A DNA stretch of 64,000 nucleotides, taken from Lachnospiraceae bacterium (GTDB lineage: Bacteria; Bacillota; Clostridia; Lachnospirales; Lachnospiraceae). Position numbers and translations under genes: made by a program. The stretch is from contig CP107199.1 of the NCBI GenBank assembly GCA_025758065.1, positions 3,312,949 to 3,376,948 on the forward strand. The letters run 5' to 3'. Shown here piece by piece: positions 9,159 to 18,720 of this stretch. Under the pieces are notes generated by a model. That model made no database searches and was not told where the DNA came from. It was given only the letters and a program-made list of their open reading frames with translations. Each line of letters begins with the position of its first letter. Positions within the stretch are counted from its first letter, which is position 1.

Positions 9159-10658
9159 CTATTTTACAGTGTCAAAATACCCGATAATTCCTATGCATAC
9201 GTCTTTCTTCATTGGCGACCACAGCGTATGCAATTTCATTTTATACATCTGACTATTATTTTCCACTGTCGCTTTTATCTGCACAGAGATTTCTTTATTT
9301 TGTACAGATGTCTGGTGTAACAAAACCCGAATATATTGAGCATCTTCTTCATTTACTCCGAATTCTTTGAACAGATCAATTTTCGGATTATTTCTCTGAC
9401 ATAATATCTGCTGATTTCCGTTTAATATAGTAAGCTGACCTGAAACCGCATTGTAATCAATCGAATTCATGCCACTGTTCGATTTGAAGAAATCGATTTT
9501 TTCCTGCATGACCTTGACAAGACTCTGTGAATAAATCTGGCTCGGTAAGGATTTATCACTGAGTATTTCATTCAAAAGCCTTTGTATTTCATGAGAATAT
9601 TTATTATCGTCCATTTCTTTATTAAGCATTTTTGAAAGCTGAATACTCAGTTCTTTCAGACACTTAAGAAGGATGGGATTAAATTGTCCGCATTGTCCAT
9701 CCAGGATCATTTGAATCGCTGTGTCATGATCAAATGCTTTCTTATAGCATCTTTCACTTGTAAGTGCATCATAAACATCAACAATCGCTACCACCTGTGC
9801 GGAGATTGGTATTTCTTCACCTTTCAATCCATCCGGATAGCCCTTTCCATCCCATCTTTCATGGTGCCACCTGCAGATTTCCCATGCGGTATGTACCAGT
9901 GGATGATCTTGTGGAAAGTCCATATCCTTAATTATAGCTGCACCAAGCTCACTATGGTTTTTCATAATCTTAAATTCTTCATCGGTAAGTCTGCCCGGTT
10001 TGTTCAATATTTCTTCCGGAATACGAATCTTACCAATATCATGAAGGGAAGAAGCAGTTGTAATCAAAGCAATATCTGCCTCTGTCAAAGGATAAGCATC
10101 TGTTACTTTTACCAGTTGTCTCAGCATCATCTCCGTTGCTGTTTTAATATGCAGGATGTGCTCTCTGCTCTCGCTGTTACGGGATCCCAATATATTACTC
10201 ATAATCTGGATCATGATATTATTATTTTCTTCTTTTTCATAAACCTGATCATAAACCACGTTTATCAGATGTTTTTGGTTCATATAGAGACCCAAGGTAT
10301 TCTGAACTCTTTTCTTTACAATCACAGAATCAAACGGTCGTGTGATATAATCTGTGATTCCCAACTCATATGCCTTACGCATAGTATTAACAGCATCTTC
10401 AGAAGATATCATGATTACGGGAGTTTCAGCAATACACTGGCTTCTTTTCATTATCTCCAAGACTTCAAAACCATTCATCTGTGGCATATTGATATCTAAA
10501 AGCATCAGATCAATTCCAATATTTTCTCCTATCATCTGGATTGCCTGATTTCCATTTTCAGCTTCCAGATAATTATAGGTATCTCCAAGAATCTCCTTCA
10601 ATATGTCCCTGTTGAATTTCGCATCATCTACAATTAGTATTTTTTGTTTTTTATCCAT
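9159..10658 (-). CDS. Response regulator with HD-GYP domain (RpfG-like c-di-GMP phosphodiesterase)
   Basis: N-terminal REC (ILIVDD, LLDINMPQMNG), then LHDIGK and HHERWDGKGYPDGLKGEEIP...VDVYDAL. Confidence 0.92.
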   Translation of the reverse strand: MDKKQKILIVDDAKFNRDILKEILGDTYNYLEAENGNQAIQMIGENIGIDLMLLDINMPQMNGFEVLEIMKRSQCIAETPVIMISSEDAVNTMRKAYELGITDYITRPFDSVIVKKRVQNTLGLYMNQKHLINVVYDQVYEKEENNNIMIQIMSNILGSRNSESREHILHIKTATEMMLRQLVKVTDAYPLTEADIALITTASSLHDIGKIRIPEEILNKPGRLTDEEFKIMKNHSELGAAIIKDMDFPQDHPLVHTAWEICRWHHERWDGKGYPDGLKGEEIPISAQVVAIVDVYDALTSERCYKKAFDHDTAIQMILDGQCGQFNPILLKCLKELSIQLSKMLNKEMDDNKYSHEIQRLLNEILSDKSLPSQIYSQSLVKVMQEKIDFFKSNSGMNSIDYNAVSGQLTILNGNQQILCQRNNPKIDLFKEFGVNEEDAQYIRVLLHQTSVQNKEISVQIKATVENNSQMYKMKLHTLWSPMKKDVCIGIIGYFDTVK

Positions 10659-10737
10659 ATTTTTTATTTCCTTTATCCACTCATTTTTTATGATGTTCCA
10701 AGCACTTGATCCAAGACAAAAGGTCGTGTCGCATCAC

Positions 10738-11098
10738 TTAATGCGACAGACCCTTCTTTATTTCTTCAATCGTCATCTCATATACTTCTGTTACTTTTTC
10801 CATTGCTTCCGGTATCCCCGGCTTCTCTCCGGTTCTATCTCTCAAAAGTTCTGTCAACTCATTACTAACCTCATACAGACGGTCAAAGGAAAGCTTCTGA
10901 CACACCCCCTTTCAATGTGTACGCACTGCGGAAAGCGTCTTCATAATTTTTATTTTCCAATGCCTGTTTTAACTGTAGATAACTCTGGTCTTCAAAGAAC
11001 TTTAATGTAAATCTCTGAATCAGTGCTTCGCTGTGAAGGCGTCCCAAAACAGCCTCATACTTTCCTCCGATAGCTTTATAGCACTCCTGCATTGTCAT
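10738..11098 (-). pseudogene. Hpt (histidine phosphotransfer) protein, frameshifted
   Basis: AFRSAYTLKG corresponds to the AHTLKG motif. Removing one G from the G5 run at 10905-10909 restores a 119-aa ORF ending KGVCQKLSFDRLYEVS...EEIKKGLSH*. Confidence 0.85.
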
Positions 11099-11145
11099 CT
11101 TTTAGCCCTCCTGTCAATTGTATTCCACTAATTCATGAACCTCTG

Positions 11146-12480
11146 CTAATCATTATGAACATACCTTAAAATCGTTTTTATAACTTCCTCAATCACAATC
11201 GGCTTTGACAAATGTGCATTCATTCCTGCATCCAGTGATGCCTGAACATCTTCACCAAATGAATTGGCTGTCATTGCTATAATAGGAATGTTTTTTCCAT
11301 CCGGGGTGAACTTCACGGCATTGCTCAGAATATTAACCAGCACATCTCGCAGACGTACAGGATCCACAAGTACATTTGGGATCTTTGCTTCTTCACGCTG
11401 GATCTTAAAGCTGATATCCCTGTTCGTAAGAAAGCCTTTTGTAATATCCAGTGCAGAATCTGTGATACTTTTCAAATCTGCCGGTACCGGATTGCATTTC
11501 ACTTGAATTTTATGCTGTCTGGTCAACCGTAGTAACAACATTGATTTCTCCATCAAAGTCACGCCGTGTCACCCTTGCCAGCTGCATTGTAATGAAAGGT
11601 GCAGTAAGCCCCCATTTTTTCGTCTCAGCATAGTTATCTGTTTCCAGGCGTGCATCGATACTCATCTCTGTGGCTTCCTTATTTTTCTGATAAGCAATAT
11701 ACTCATCTCTGGTGGCAGGTGTAAGAAACTCATAGGAAATCCCGGCATAGTCTGCAATTTTCCGGAAGTAATCCGGGATAATCCCCTTCATCTCACCATT
11801 TTCATTATAAGAATATGGATAACGGGACGGATCACACAGAACATGAAGCGGGTTGTCCTTGGAATATTGTGCAATAATACTTTTTTCTTGCTCCGTATAT
11901 TCCAGATTCTTAGTTTCTATGCTTTCATAATTTTTATTATAAAGCGTTGTTTTCCAGTCACCCTCAACTGCATTCATCTGATCGATCGCATAATTGATCT
12001 CATTCAGCAATTCTGTATTGCCCTTTTTAACAATGACATAGAAATCGCTGCTGTCAAATTTATCCACGATACGCTCATTGTTTGTTTTTCTCAGAGAAGT
12101 GGCAGCAATAGCATCAACATTTCCGCTCTGAAGAGCTTCCTCCATCTCTGCTGTCGTATCAAAATAAAATGGATCATATGTAAATCCTTTGTTGTCTGCA
12201 AAATCCGCAAACTCTTTATCTCGTGAGCTTCCGTTCAAAAGTGCTACACGCATACCATTGTAAGTACTGTAATCGCCATCTACAATCGTGCTGTTGTCAC
12301 TGCGGACGGTCAGAATCGCATTATTGGTTCCGATCGGACGTGAAAAATCAAACTTTTCTTCTCTGTCCGGTGTTTTGCGGGGAGATGTTACCATATCAAT
12401 CTCGCCATCTTCAAGCATCTGCTGCATATCATCCCAGCTCTGATCGTATCCGACAATTTCTCTATACGTCTCCTGGTCAA
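11146..12480 (-). pseudogene. Eroded solute-binding-domain hybrid kinase (multiple internal deletions)
   Basis: ORF 11510-12427 encodes partial SBP_bac_3 domains without a signal/TM start. ORF 11146-11562 joins the HATPase N-box (VNILSNAVKFTPDG) directly to the last third of a REC domain (KNIPIIAMTANSF). The TM, H-box and G boxes are missing. Confidence 0.8.
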
Positions 12481-12500
12481 CCTCCTGGTTTAATAAATTT

Positions 12501-15368
12501 TCACCTGTCCCTACTGCTTCTCAATTCTTCGCATATAGTCTGCTTGATTGTTTCATCATCCAACGGCTTTGCAAGATGTGCGTTCATTCCTGCTTCCATA
12601 CACCTTTCGGCATCTTCCCTAAATGCATTTGCAGTCATAGCAATAATAGGGATTGTTTTTGCATCCTGCCGTTCCAGGGATCTTATTGTTTTTGTGGCAG
12701 TAAGCCCATCCATCACCGGCATCATGATATCCATTAAAATAACATCGTATGTTCCTGATTCGCAGGCTTCAAAGTGCTGAACAGCTTCTAACCCATTTTT
12801 CACTGTTTCTACTTTAGCCCCATTTTCCGTCAGTATAAATTCTGCTATTTCCGCATTCAGCTTATTATCTTCAACCAATAATATCCGGACACCTGATATA
12901 TCTGCATTGAAATCTTCTTTTTCTTCCGGTCGTGCATTCGTATCAATTTCAAATGGAAGTACTACAGTAAAACAGCTCCCTTCACCCAGCTTACTTTCAA
13001 CTGTTATGGTTCCACCCATCTTTTCTACAAGTTGTTTCACAATAGGCATTCCAAGACCTGTCCCATTATAATCAGAACGTGGGGAATTATCTGCCTGTAC
13101 AAATGGAGTAAACAATTCATTTTTTATAAATTCTTCTGACATTCCAATTCCATTATCTTTTATTTTAAATTCACATGTCATGTGATCTTCTGATCTTTCA
13201 ATCGTTCTCATACTCATGTAAATAAAACCATTCACCTTATTGTACTTCATACTGTTTGTAAACAGATTCATCAATACTTTTTTCAGATGAACTGCATTGC
13301 TCCAAACATATATACCACTGTAATCATCATGTTCTCCTATAACATGAAGTCCTTTTTCTTCTGCCTGAAAAGATAGTGACTCCGTGATTTCCTGACATAC
13401 CTGATCCAGATTGATGGATTCATCACCAAAAACCACAGTATCCGATTCTAACTTTGCCATATCCAAAACATCATTTACCAATGATAATAGCAGTTTCGAA
13501 GACTCATTTATTTTATTCAGGCAATCTTTTGCCCGCTCACCATCATTTCCGCTTTTTTCAAGAATTGTAAGCATGCCCATAATGCCATTGATCGGTGTCC
13601 TGATGTCATGAGACATGTTATTTAAAAAGGAAGTCTTAGCCTTATTGGCACTCTGTGCTTCTACAAGTGCATTTTGTAATTCCTGCTGTTTTTCTTCAAG
13701 CTCCTGATTCAGCTTCAATGCTTGCTCAGCAGACTTCTTGGATTTTTCTTCCGCACGTTTTGATTTTTTCAAAGAATCAAGAATTATACACAGGACAACA
13801 AAAATAGAGATTCCAACTATGAGTGAGACAGCCAGTAAATTATCCTGAATAAAATCCTTCGCTGTAACTTTTCGTGAAGAAGCATTATACGAAACTACTG
13901 CACCTGAAAATTGAGTTGTAGGCATAGATGTCAGTGTTTTATTCAGAATGGACAAAAGAACCGGTTCTCCCTGCTGAACAGCAAATGAAACATCAGCTTC
14001 TTTTGTCAGAAAAACACTAAGAAGCTTATTATTTTTCAAATAGTCTGAAACAGTACTTGAATTGCTTACAATACAATCCGTCTCCCCTTTCTGCATTGCT
14101 TTTACTGCTGCATCTGATGTCTCATATTCCACAACCTCCCACTGCGGATAATTGTATGAAAGATATGCTTTCAATACAAAATTATCTTTTTCAACGGCAA
14201 CTATATTCTCTTTATTTTCATCAAAAGAATCCTTTGCCGTAATTGCTGCCATATTGAGAGTCAATAGCGTATCCGACAAAGCAAATCCATTTGTTTCTGC
14301 AAAGTATGGATTCTGGTTTGCATGAAAAATCAGGTCTATTTTTCCATCCTGCAATGCCTGAAGCAGTTCACTTCTTGTATTATATCCATTTAATTCAAAT
14401 TCCAGAGTCTGACCTTGCAGACAATTTTCTGCAAGATCCACATAATCTGTGATAACACCTGTCAATTTGCCTGTTGATGGATCTACACTGCTGATACCTC
14501 CATCCTGATTCAGATACCCTATCCTGATTGCTCCATGCTGCCCGATCCACTCCCTTTCTTCTTTTGAAAGAAACGAGCTGCTCTGTGCAGAAAAATAACG
14601 CCTGTAGAGATCATCTGTGTAAAATGGGTTGTCATCCTTGATTCTGCGCATAGCACTATCCAGTGCTTCTTTGATATCCGGACGTTTGGGATTTATGGCA
14701 AAATAGATTTCTGTCTCTCCAATACTTGTAATCGGTGAAATATCCGATTCTTCCCAACGGGATTCTTCTACTGAAACGAAGCAGTCAATTTCATGTTTCG
14801 ACAGTTTGTCCATAACTTCTGCGGTATTAGAAGCATTGACATGCTGCGTATGCAGACCATACTTTAACTCCCATTCGTTAAGCACATCCTCCGGTATATG
14901 ATCTTTAAGCACACCAATATTTTTTCCCTCAAAAGAATCCAGATTTCCTGCTGTAAGATCCATATTGGATGCATCCGTATAGATGTAATATTTCTCTTCC
15001 CCCATAGGCATATCGGAAAAAAGCATATTTTCAGCACGTTCGTCTGTATAGGAAATGCCACCAAGAATATCAATCTCTCCATTTTCCAACTGTGTAAAGC
15101 AGTTTTTCCAATCACTTGTTATGTATTTATATGTCCATCCTGCATAACCTGCAATATCTTGAAGATACTCATAACCATAGCCGCTTCTTTCTCCCTTTTC
15201 ATTGACTACATTATAAGTTTCCTCAAAAGATCCTACCCGGATAACATTGTCAGAGTTTTCTTTGGCAAATGTAGGAACGGATAAAACAATAAAACATATA
15301 ATTGTGCAAAATATAATGTAACAAAATTTGAAATTCATTATATTCTGTACTAATTTGCACTTCTTCAT
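12501..15368 (-). CDS. BvgS/EvgS-like hybrid histidine kinase with two periplasmic-binding (SBP_bac_3) sensor domains
   Basis: Signal/TM segment, tandem VFT domains (GYGYEYLQDIA; LQALQDGKIDL), TM, H-box FLNNMSHDIRTP, HATPase and REC (MDIMMPVMDG). Confidence 0.92.
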   Translation of the reverse strand: MKKCKLVQNIMNFKFCYIIFCTIICFIVLSVPTFAKENSDNVIRVGSFEETYNVVNEKGERSGYGYEYLQDIAGYAGWTYKYITSDWKNCFTQLENGEIDILGGISYTDERAENMLFSDMPMGEEKYYIYTDASNMDLTAGNLDSFEGKNIGVLKDHIPEDVLNEWELKYGLHTQHVNASNTAEVMDKLSKHEIDCFVSVEESRWEESDISPITSIGETEIYFAINPKRPDIKEALDSAMRRIKDDNPFYTDDLYRRYFSAQSSSFLSKEEREWIGQHGAIRIGYLNQDGGISSVDPSTGKLTGVITDYVDLAENCLQGQTLEFELNGYNTRSELLQALQDGKIDLIFHANQNPYFAETNGFALSDTLLTLNMAAITAKDSFDENKENIVAVEKDNFVLKAYLSYNYPQWEVVEYETSDAAVKAMQKGETDCIVSNSSTVSDYLKNNKLLSVFLTKEADVSFAVQQGEPVLLSILNKTLTSMPTTQFSGAVVSYNASSRKVTAKDFIQDNLLAVSLIVGISIFVVLCIILDSLKKSKRAEEKSKKSAEQALKLNQELEEKQQELQNALVEAQSANKAKTSFLNNMSHDIRTPINGIMGMLTILEKSGNDGERAKDCLNKINESSKLLLSLVNDVLDMAKLESDTVVFGDESINLDQVCQEITESLSFQAEEKGLHVIGEHDDYSGIYVWSNAVHLKKVLMNLFTNSMKYNKVNGFIYMSMRTIERSEDHMTCEFKIKDNGIGMSEEFIKNELFTPFVQADNSPRSDYNGTGLGMPIVKQLVEKMGGTITVESKLGEGSCFTVVLPFEIDTNARPEEKEDFNADISGVRILLVEDNKLNAEIAEFILTENGAKVETVKNGLEAVQHFEACESGTYDVILMDIMMPVMDGLTATKTIRSLERQDAKTIPIIAMTANAFREDAERCMEAGMNAHLAKPLDDETIKQTICEELRSSRDR

Positions 15369-15393
15369 CTTTCTCCCATCCTCTAGGCTACAG

Positions 15394-15463
<70 letters not shown>

Positions 15464-15566
15464 CCAGATTTTAATTTTACATTCATTAATTATCAATAAC
15501 CTCCCCGCTATTTTTCACAATATTTTTCCAAAAGCTTCTGTATTACTTATTCAAGTGCTCTACCAT

Positions 15567-15594
15567 AAAAAAGCACTGCCAAACAGACAGTGCA
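15567..15594 (-). terminator. Intrinsic terminator directly 3' of riboswitch 2
   Basis: Minus strand GCACTGTC-TGTTT-GGCAGTGC-TTTTTT. Confidence 0.8.
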
Positions 15595-15602
15595 CCTCAT
15601 TT

Positions 15603-15675
15603 CATGCAACTGGCTGCCATTTTACAGGCCCTGTAGCTTTGCGTCCCAGATTTTCATCTGGTTTGCCGATCATCC
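15603..15675 (-). ncRNA. c-di-GMP-I (GEMM) riboswitch aptamer 2
   Basis: Minus strand GGCAAACCAGAT-GAAA-ATCTGGGACGCAAAGCTACAGGGCCTGTAAAATGGCAGCCAGTTGCA, the canonical Clostridia-type c-di-GMP-I pattern. Confidence 0.93.
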
Positions 15676-15713
15676 TTTTTAAGCTTTTAAACTTATGCAA
15701 GAAAACTGGTTTT

Positions 15714-15742
15714 ATTATACTATAGCGCTCTACTGTACACAA
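15714..15742 (-). promoter_or_regulatory. Candidate sigma-A promoter driving riboswitch 2
   Basis: TTGTGT-17 nt-TATAAT about 40 nt upstream of the aptamer. Confidence 0.5.
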
Positions 15743-15747
15743 GAAAA

Positions 15748-15910
15748 ACATTACTGTTTCCTGCTCATTTGTACTCAGATCGTTCCATATCTTTAAAACT
15801 TCTTTCTGCTCTTCTGTCAGATTCTCTGAATTACCTTCCTGAAAAAACTGCGATAATGTTACGCCCAATGCTGTACATATTTTTTCAAGTGTGATCAGCA
15901 ACGGCTGGCT
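15748..15910 (-). pseudogene. XRE-family HTH regulator, N-terminally truncated remnant
   Basis: QPLLITLEKICTALGVTLSQFF...LTEEQKEVLKIWNDLS is the C-terminal half of an HTH_3 protein. The recognition helix and start are absent. Confidence 0.7.
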
Positions 15911-15926
15911 TTAACATCTCTTTTAT

Positions 15927-15955
15927 TTGACAAGTTTTGTCATTTTTGATATGAT
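15927..15955 (+). promoter_or_regulatory. Sigma-A promoter of the cell wall hydrolase gene
   Basis: TTGACA-17 nt-TATGAT, followed by GGAGG upstream of the ATG at 15999. Confidence 0.7.
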
Positions 15956-15998
15956 TATATGTAACAATTTTGTAATATTTCGGAGGATGCTGCTGCTT

Positions 15999-16949
15999 AT
16001 GAAAAAAATAACCCTTTTTCTATCTGCTTTACTTCTTTCTGCCTCTTTAGTTGTTCCGGCCTTTGCTGCTTCTCCCTATGACGGTCTTGCAGTTGCAAAT
16101 GTAAAAAACGAACCGCTGAACATGAGGACCGGGCCTTCTACAGATGCTGATATCATCGGAAAATGTTACCGCGGCTGCGGCGGAACTGTCCTAGAGCGCA
16201 AAAACGGCTGGACACGTATCCACTCTGGCAAACTGGAAGGCTGGCTTAAAGATGACTATCTGTTGTATGGTACAGATATAAAACCTCTTGCCCAGGAGAT
16301 GGGACTTTTATCAGCCAGCGTCACTGCCGTTACATTAAATATACGTGAAGATCCTTCAACGGATGCTGCGATCATAAAGCAGGCCGCCCAAGGAGAAGCC
16401 TTTCCGGTCTCAAGTACCTCAGAAGGCTGGATCAAGATCCAGCTTCCGGCTGATACATATGGATATATTTGTGCAGAATATGCGAAGATCTCTCCGGTTC
16501 CAGGTAAAGCCGTTGATGCAAAAGAAGAGGCGGCTGCTCTTCATTCCGTTGATAAACCCCAGGAAAAACCTGCTTATATCATTTCCGCAACAGATGACGA
16601 GATCTATCTCCTTGCTGCCTGCACAGCAATGGAAACAGGAGATGGTTCCTACGATGAGCAGCTGGCCGTTGCAAGCTGTATTATCAATCGTGTCCAGTCA
16701 AAGCAATGGGGACAGAGTATTTCCAGTGTCATCTATGCAGATGGGCAGTTTCCCGGCGCACATTCCGGTCTGTTAGACAGCTTTCTTTCCCAGGGGCCAT
16801 CTAAGACTGCTCTTAAGGCTGCCAAAGCTGCTCTTAGCGGTTCCAACAACATCGGGGATTATCTTTATTTTAATTCTGTCAGAAGGATCTCCCCTGAAAA
16901 TTATTCATCCTATAAAATTGTGGGTGATAACTGTTTTTATAAGAAATAA
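15999..16949 (+). CDS. Secreted SH3-domain cell wall hydrolase (Hydrolase_2/SleB-like)
   Basis: Signal peptide (AFA-A), two SH3b repeats (LNMRTGPST, LNIREDPST) and a C-terminal E..G.....QLAVASCIINRV...GQF motif. Confidence 0.85.
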   Translation: MKKITLFLSALLLSASLVVPAFAASPYDGLAVANVKNEPLNMRTGPSTDADIIGKCYRGCGGTVLERKNGWTRIHSGKLEGWLKDDYLLYGTDIKPLAQEMGLLSASVTAVTLNIREDPSTDAAIIKQAAQGEAFPVSSTSEGWIKIQLPADTYGYICAEYAKISPVPGKAVDAKEEAAALHSVDKPQEKPAYIISATDDEIYLLAACTAMETGDGSYDEQLAVASCIINRVQSKQWGQSISSVIYADGQFPGAHSGLLDSFLSQGPSKTALKAAKAALSGSNNIGDYLYFNSVRRISPENYSSYKIVGDNCFYKK

Positions 16950-17022
16950 GTTACAGGTCATCCATAACATTTTCCTATTTCCATTTCCAAATTCATGAAA
17001 GCAAAAAGGAACCGCCAGGGGG

Positions 17023-18669
17023 CAATGTCATTAAGTTAACATTGTATAATAGTTGACTCAAAAATAAAATGGTAGGAGAGTTTTGTACTTTCCTGCCATT
17101 TTGCATTTTTAAGCATGCTAATTAGACAGATTTGCATCTGCCTAAAAAATGATTCCATTTTTGTAAATTTATGCTACTCTATATAGGAAACCATGAAAGA
17201 CTTTGATCGTAAGATTTCTTTTACGATGTCTATCATTCCTTACAGGAATGATATGTCTTGCTATAATGGTTTCTAAATTGGGTGATGTGGCTTTTCCTCT
17301 ATAGAATAATCTGCACATGTGAGCTGCAATCGAAAAATTGGCTTTATATGTATATTTTCTTTGCTTCTTTTCAATGACTATGTGCGAGGTAATCATTTCT
17401 GCAAAGTTATACATAATTAGATGTGCGTATATTTCTTGATGGATACACATCACCTTTTTGGAATGAAAATCTAACATTCCTACAGTATATTTTAAATCTC
17501 TAAAAGATGTTTCAATCCCCCATCGTGATGCATACAATTCTCTTAGTTTTTCAGGTGGGTATACATCCTTATCTAAATTTGTAAGTACTGTTTCATAGAG
17601 TTCATCTGTCACCTTGAAGCGAACAATTCTGAAATTAAGTTCGTAAAAAACTGCTGGATCATTTTTCTTTGATTTCAGAGGAAGATACTCAAAGGAAGTA
17701 GTACTTGGTACGAATTTATAGTAATTTTTTCTTTTGAATAATTCTTTCGTTTCTTTTGTCTGTTTTCGTGTTAATCGCAAGTTTATTTTTTCGTCAAATT
17801 CATCACTATCAGGTAAGTCCAAGCCTTGCTTTATTCCATTTTTTCCATCCTTGATTCGTATTAAAAAATACCATCCTTTTTCTTGGATATGTGCCATGTT
17901 GTTATATGACTCATAACATCTATCAGCAACAACAAGTGCCTTTGAAATATCTGATCTATCAACCATTTCCTGAAGTGCGGAATGTTCATTCCAATTCAAG
18001 CGACCTTGAATAACGGCATCTGTATAAATATGATGTTCTAAATCATACAAAGCATTTAAATGTAAGAGATTATACGGTTTTTGTCCATTACTTCCTGGAT
18101 GATAGGAAGTGGAATCGCCAGGATTCGTAGCTATTTGAACATCTGAGCCATCAACTGCAAGGATACGAAGCGTATCAGATTTTTTAGTAGTGATTTTTGA
18201 GGTGAAACTTTCAAAAATAGTTTTAAATGCATCTGGTTTAATTTTACTTCGTTGCTGTACAAAGGCAGATGCTGAAGGCATTTCAGGTGATGAATCAAAC
18301 ATATCGATTAGTTCATTTGTTAAGCTTTTACTTTCCATCCCTATAATGCCTCGTATAACTGTCTCAAATGATAGTTTGCGTTTTCTAACGAAGCACTTAC
18401 CAGGATTAAGACAGAATTCATCTGCTCTATCTGAAACTTTTTTAATTTCAGATAATAAAATTTGTTTTACCTGTTTGGGTTTCATATGTGACCTCCTTGT
18501 AATCAAGATTTACTTAATTACAAGGGCCGCTCTCGCAACTTCTAAATATAATCAGTAGCGAGAGCGGCCACACATTTTTGTGTTCCTGTCAAGCTTTTGA
18601 TAAAAAAAGACCCCAGTATTATTTTCTAATACTGAGATCTTGATTTGTCATGTTAACTTAATGACATTG
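17023..18669 (-). mobile_element. Complete IS4-family insertion sequence (1647 bp)
   Basis: Perfect 19-bp TIRs CAATGTCATTAAGTTAACA (17023-17041 and 18651-18669). 10-bp target duplication CGCCAGGGGG (17013-17022 and 18670-18679). Confidence 0.95.
17169..18485 (-). CDS. IS4-family DDE transposase
   Basis: AVDGSD, VADRCY and YASRWGIETSFRDLK (YREK signature). AGGAGG RBS before the ATG at 18485. Confidence 0.92.
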   Translation of the reverse strand: MKPKQVKQILLSEIKKVSDRADEFCLNPGKCFVRKRKLSFETVIRGIIGMESKSLTNELIDMFDSSPEMPSASAFVQQRSKIKPDAFKTIFESFTSKITTKKSDTLRILAVDGSDVQIATNPGDSTSYHPGSNGQKPYNLLHLNALYDLEHHIYTDAVIQGRLNWNEHSALQEMVDRSDISKALVVADRCYESYNNMAHIQEKGWYFLIRIKDGKNGIKQGLDLPDSDEFDEKINLRLTRKQTKETKELFKRKNYYKFVPSTTSFEYLPLKSKKNDPAVFYELNFRIVRFKVTDELYETVLTNLDKDVYPPEKLRELYASRWGIETSFRDLKYTVGMLDFHSKKVMCIHQEIYAHLIMYNFAEMITSHIVIEKKQRKYTYKANFSIAAHMCRLFYRGKATSPNLETIIARHIIPVRNDRHRKRNLTIKVFHGFLYRVA

Positions 18670-18720
18670 CGCCAGGGGGCGACTCTTTTTTTGCTAAAAC
18701 TGCTATATGCTTTTATACGC

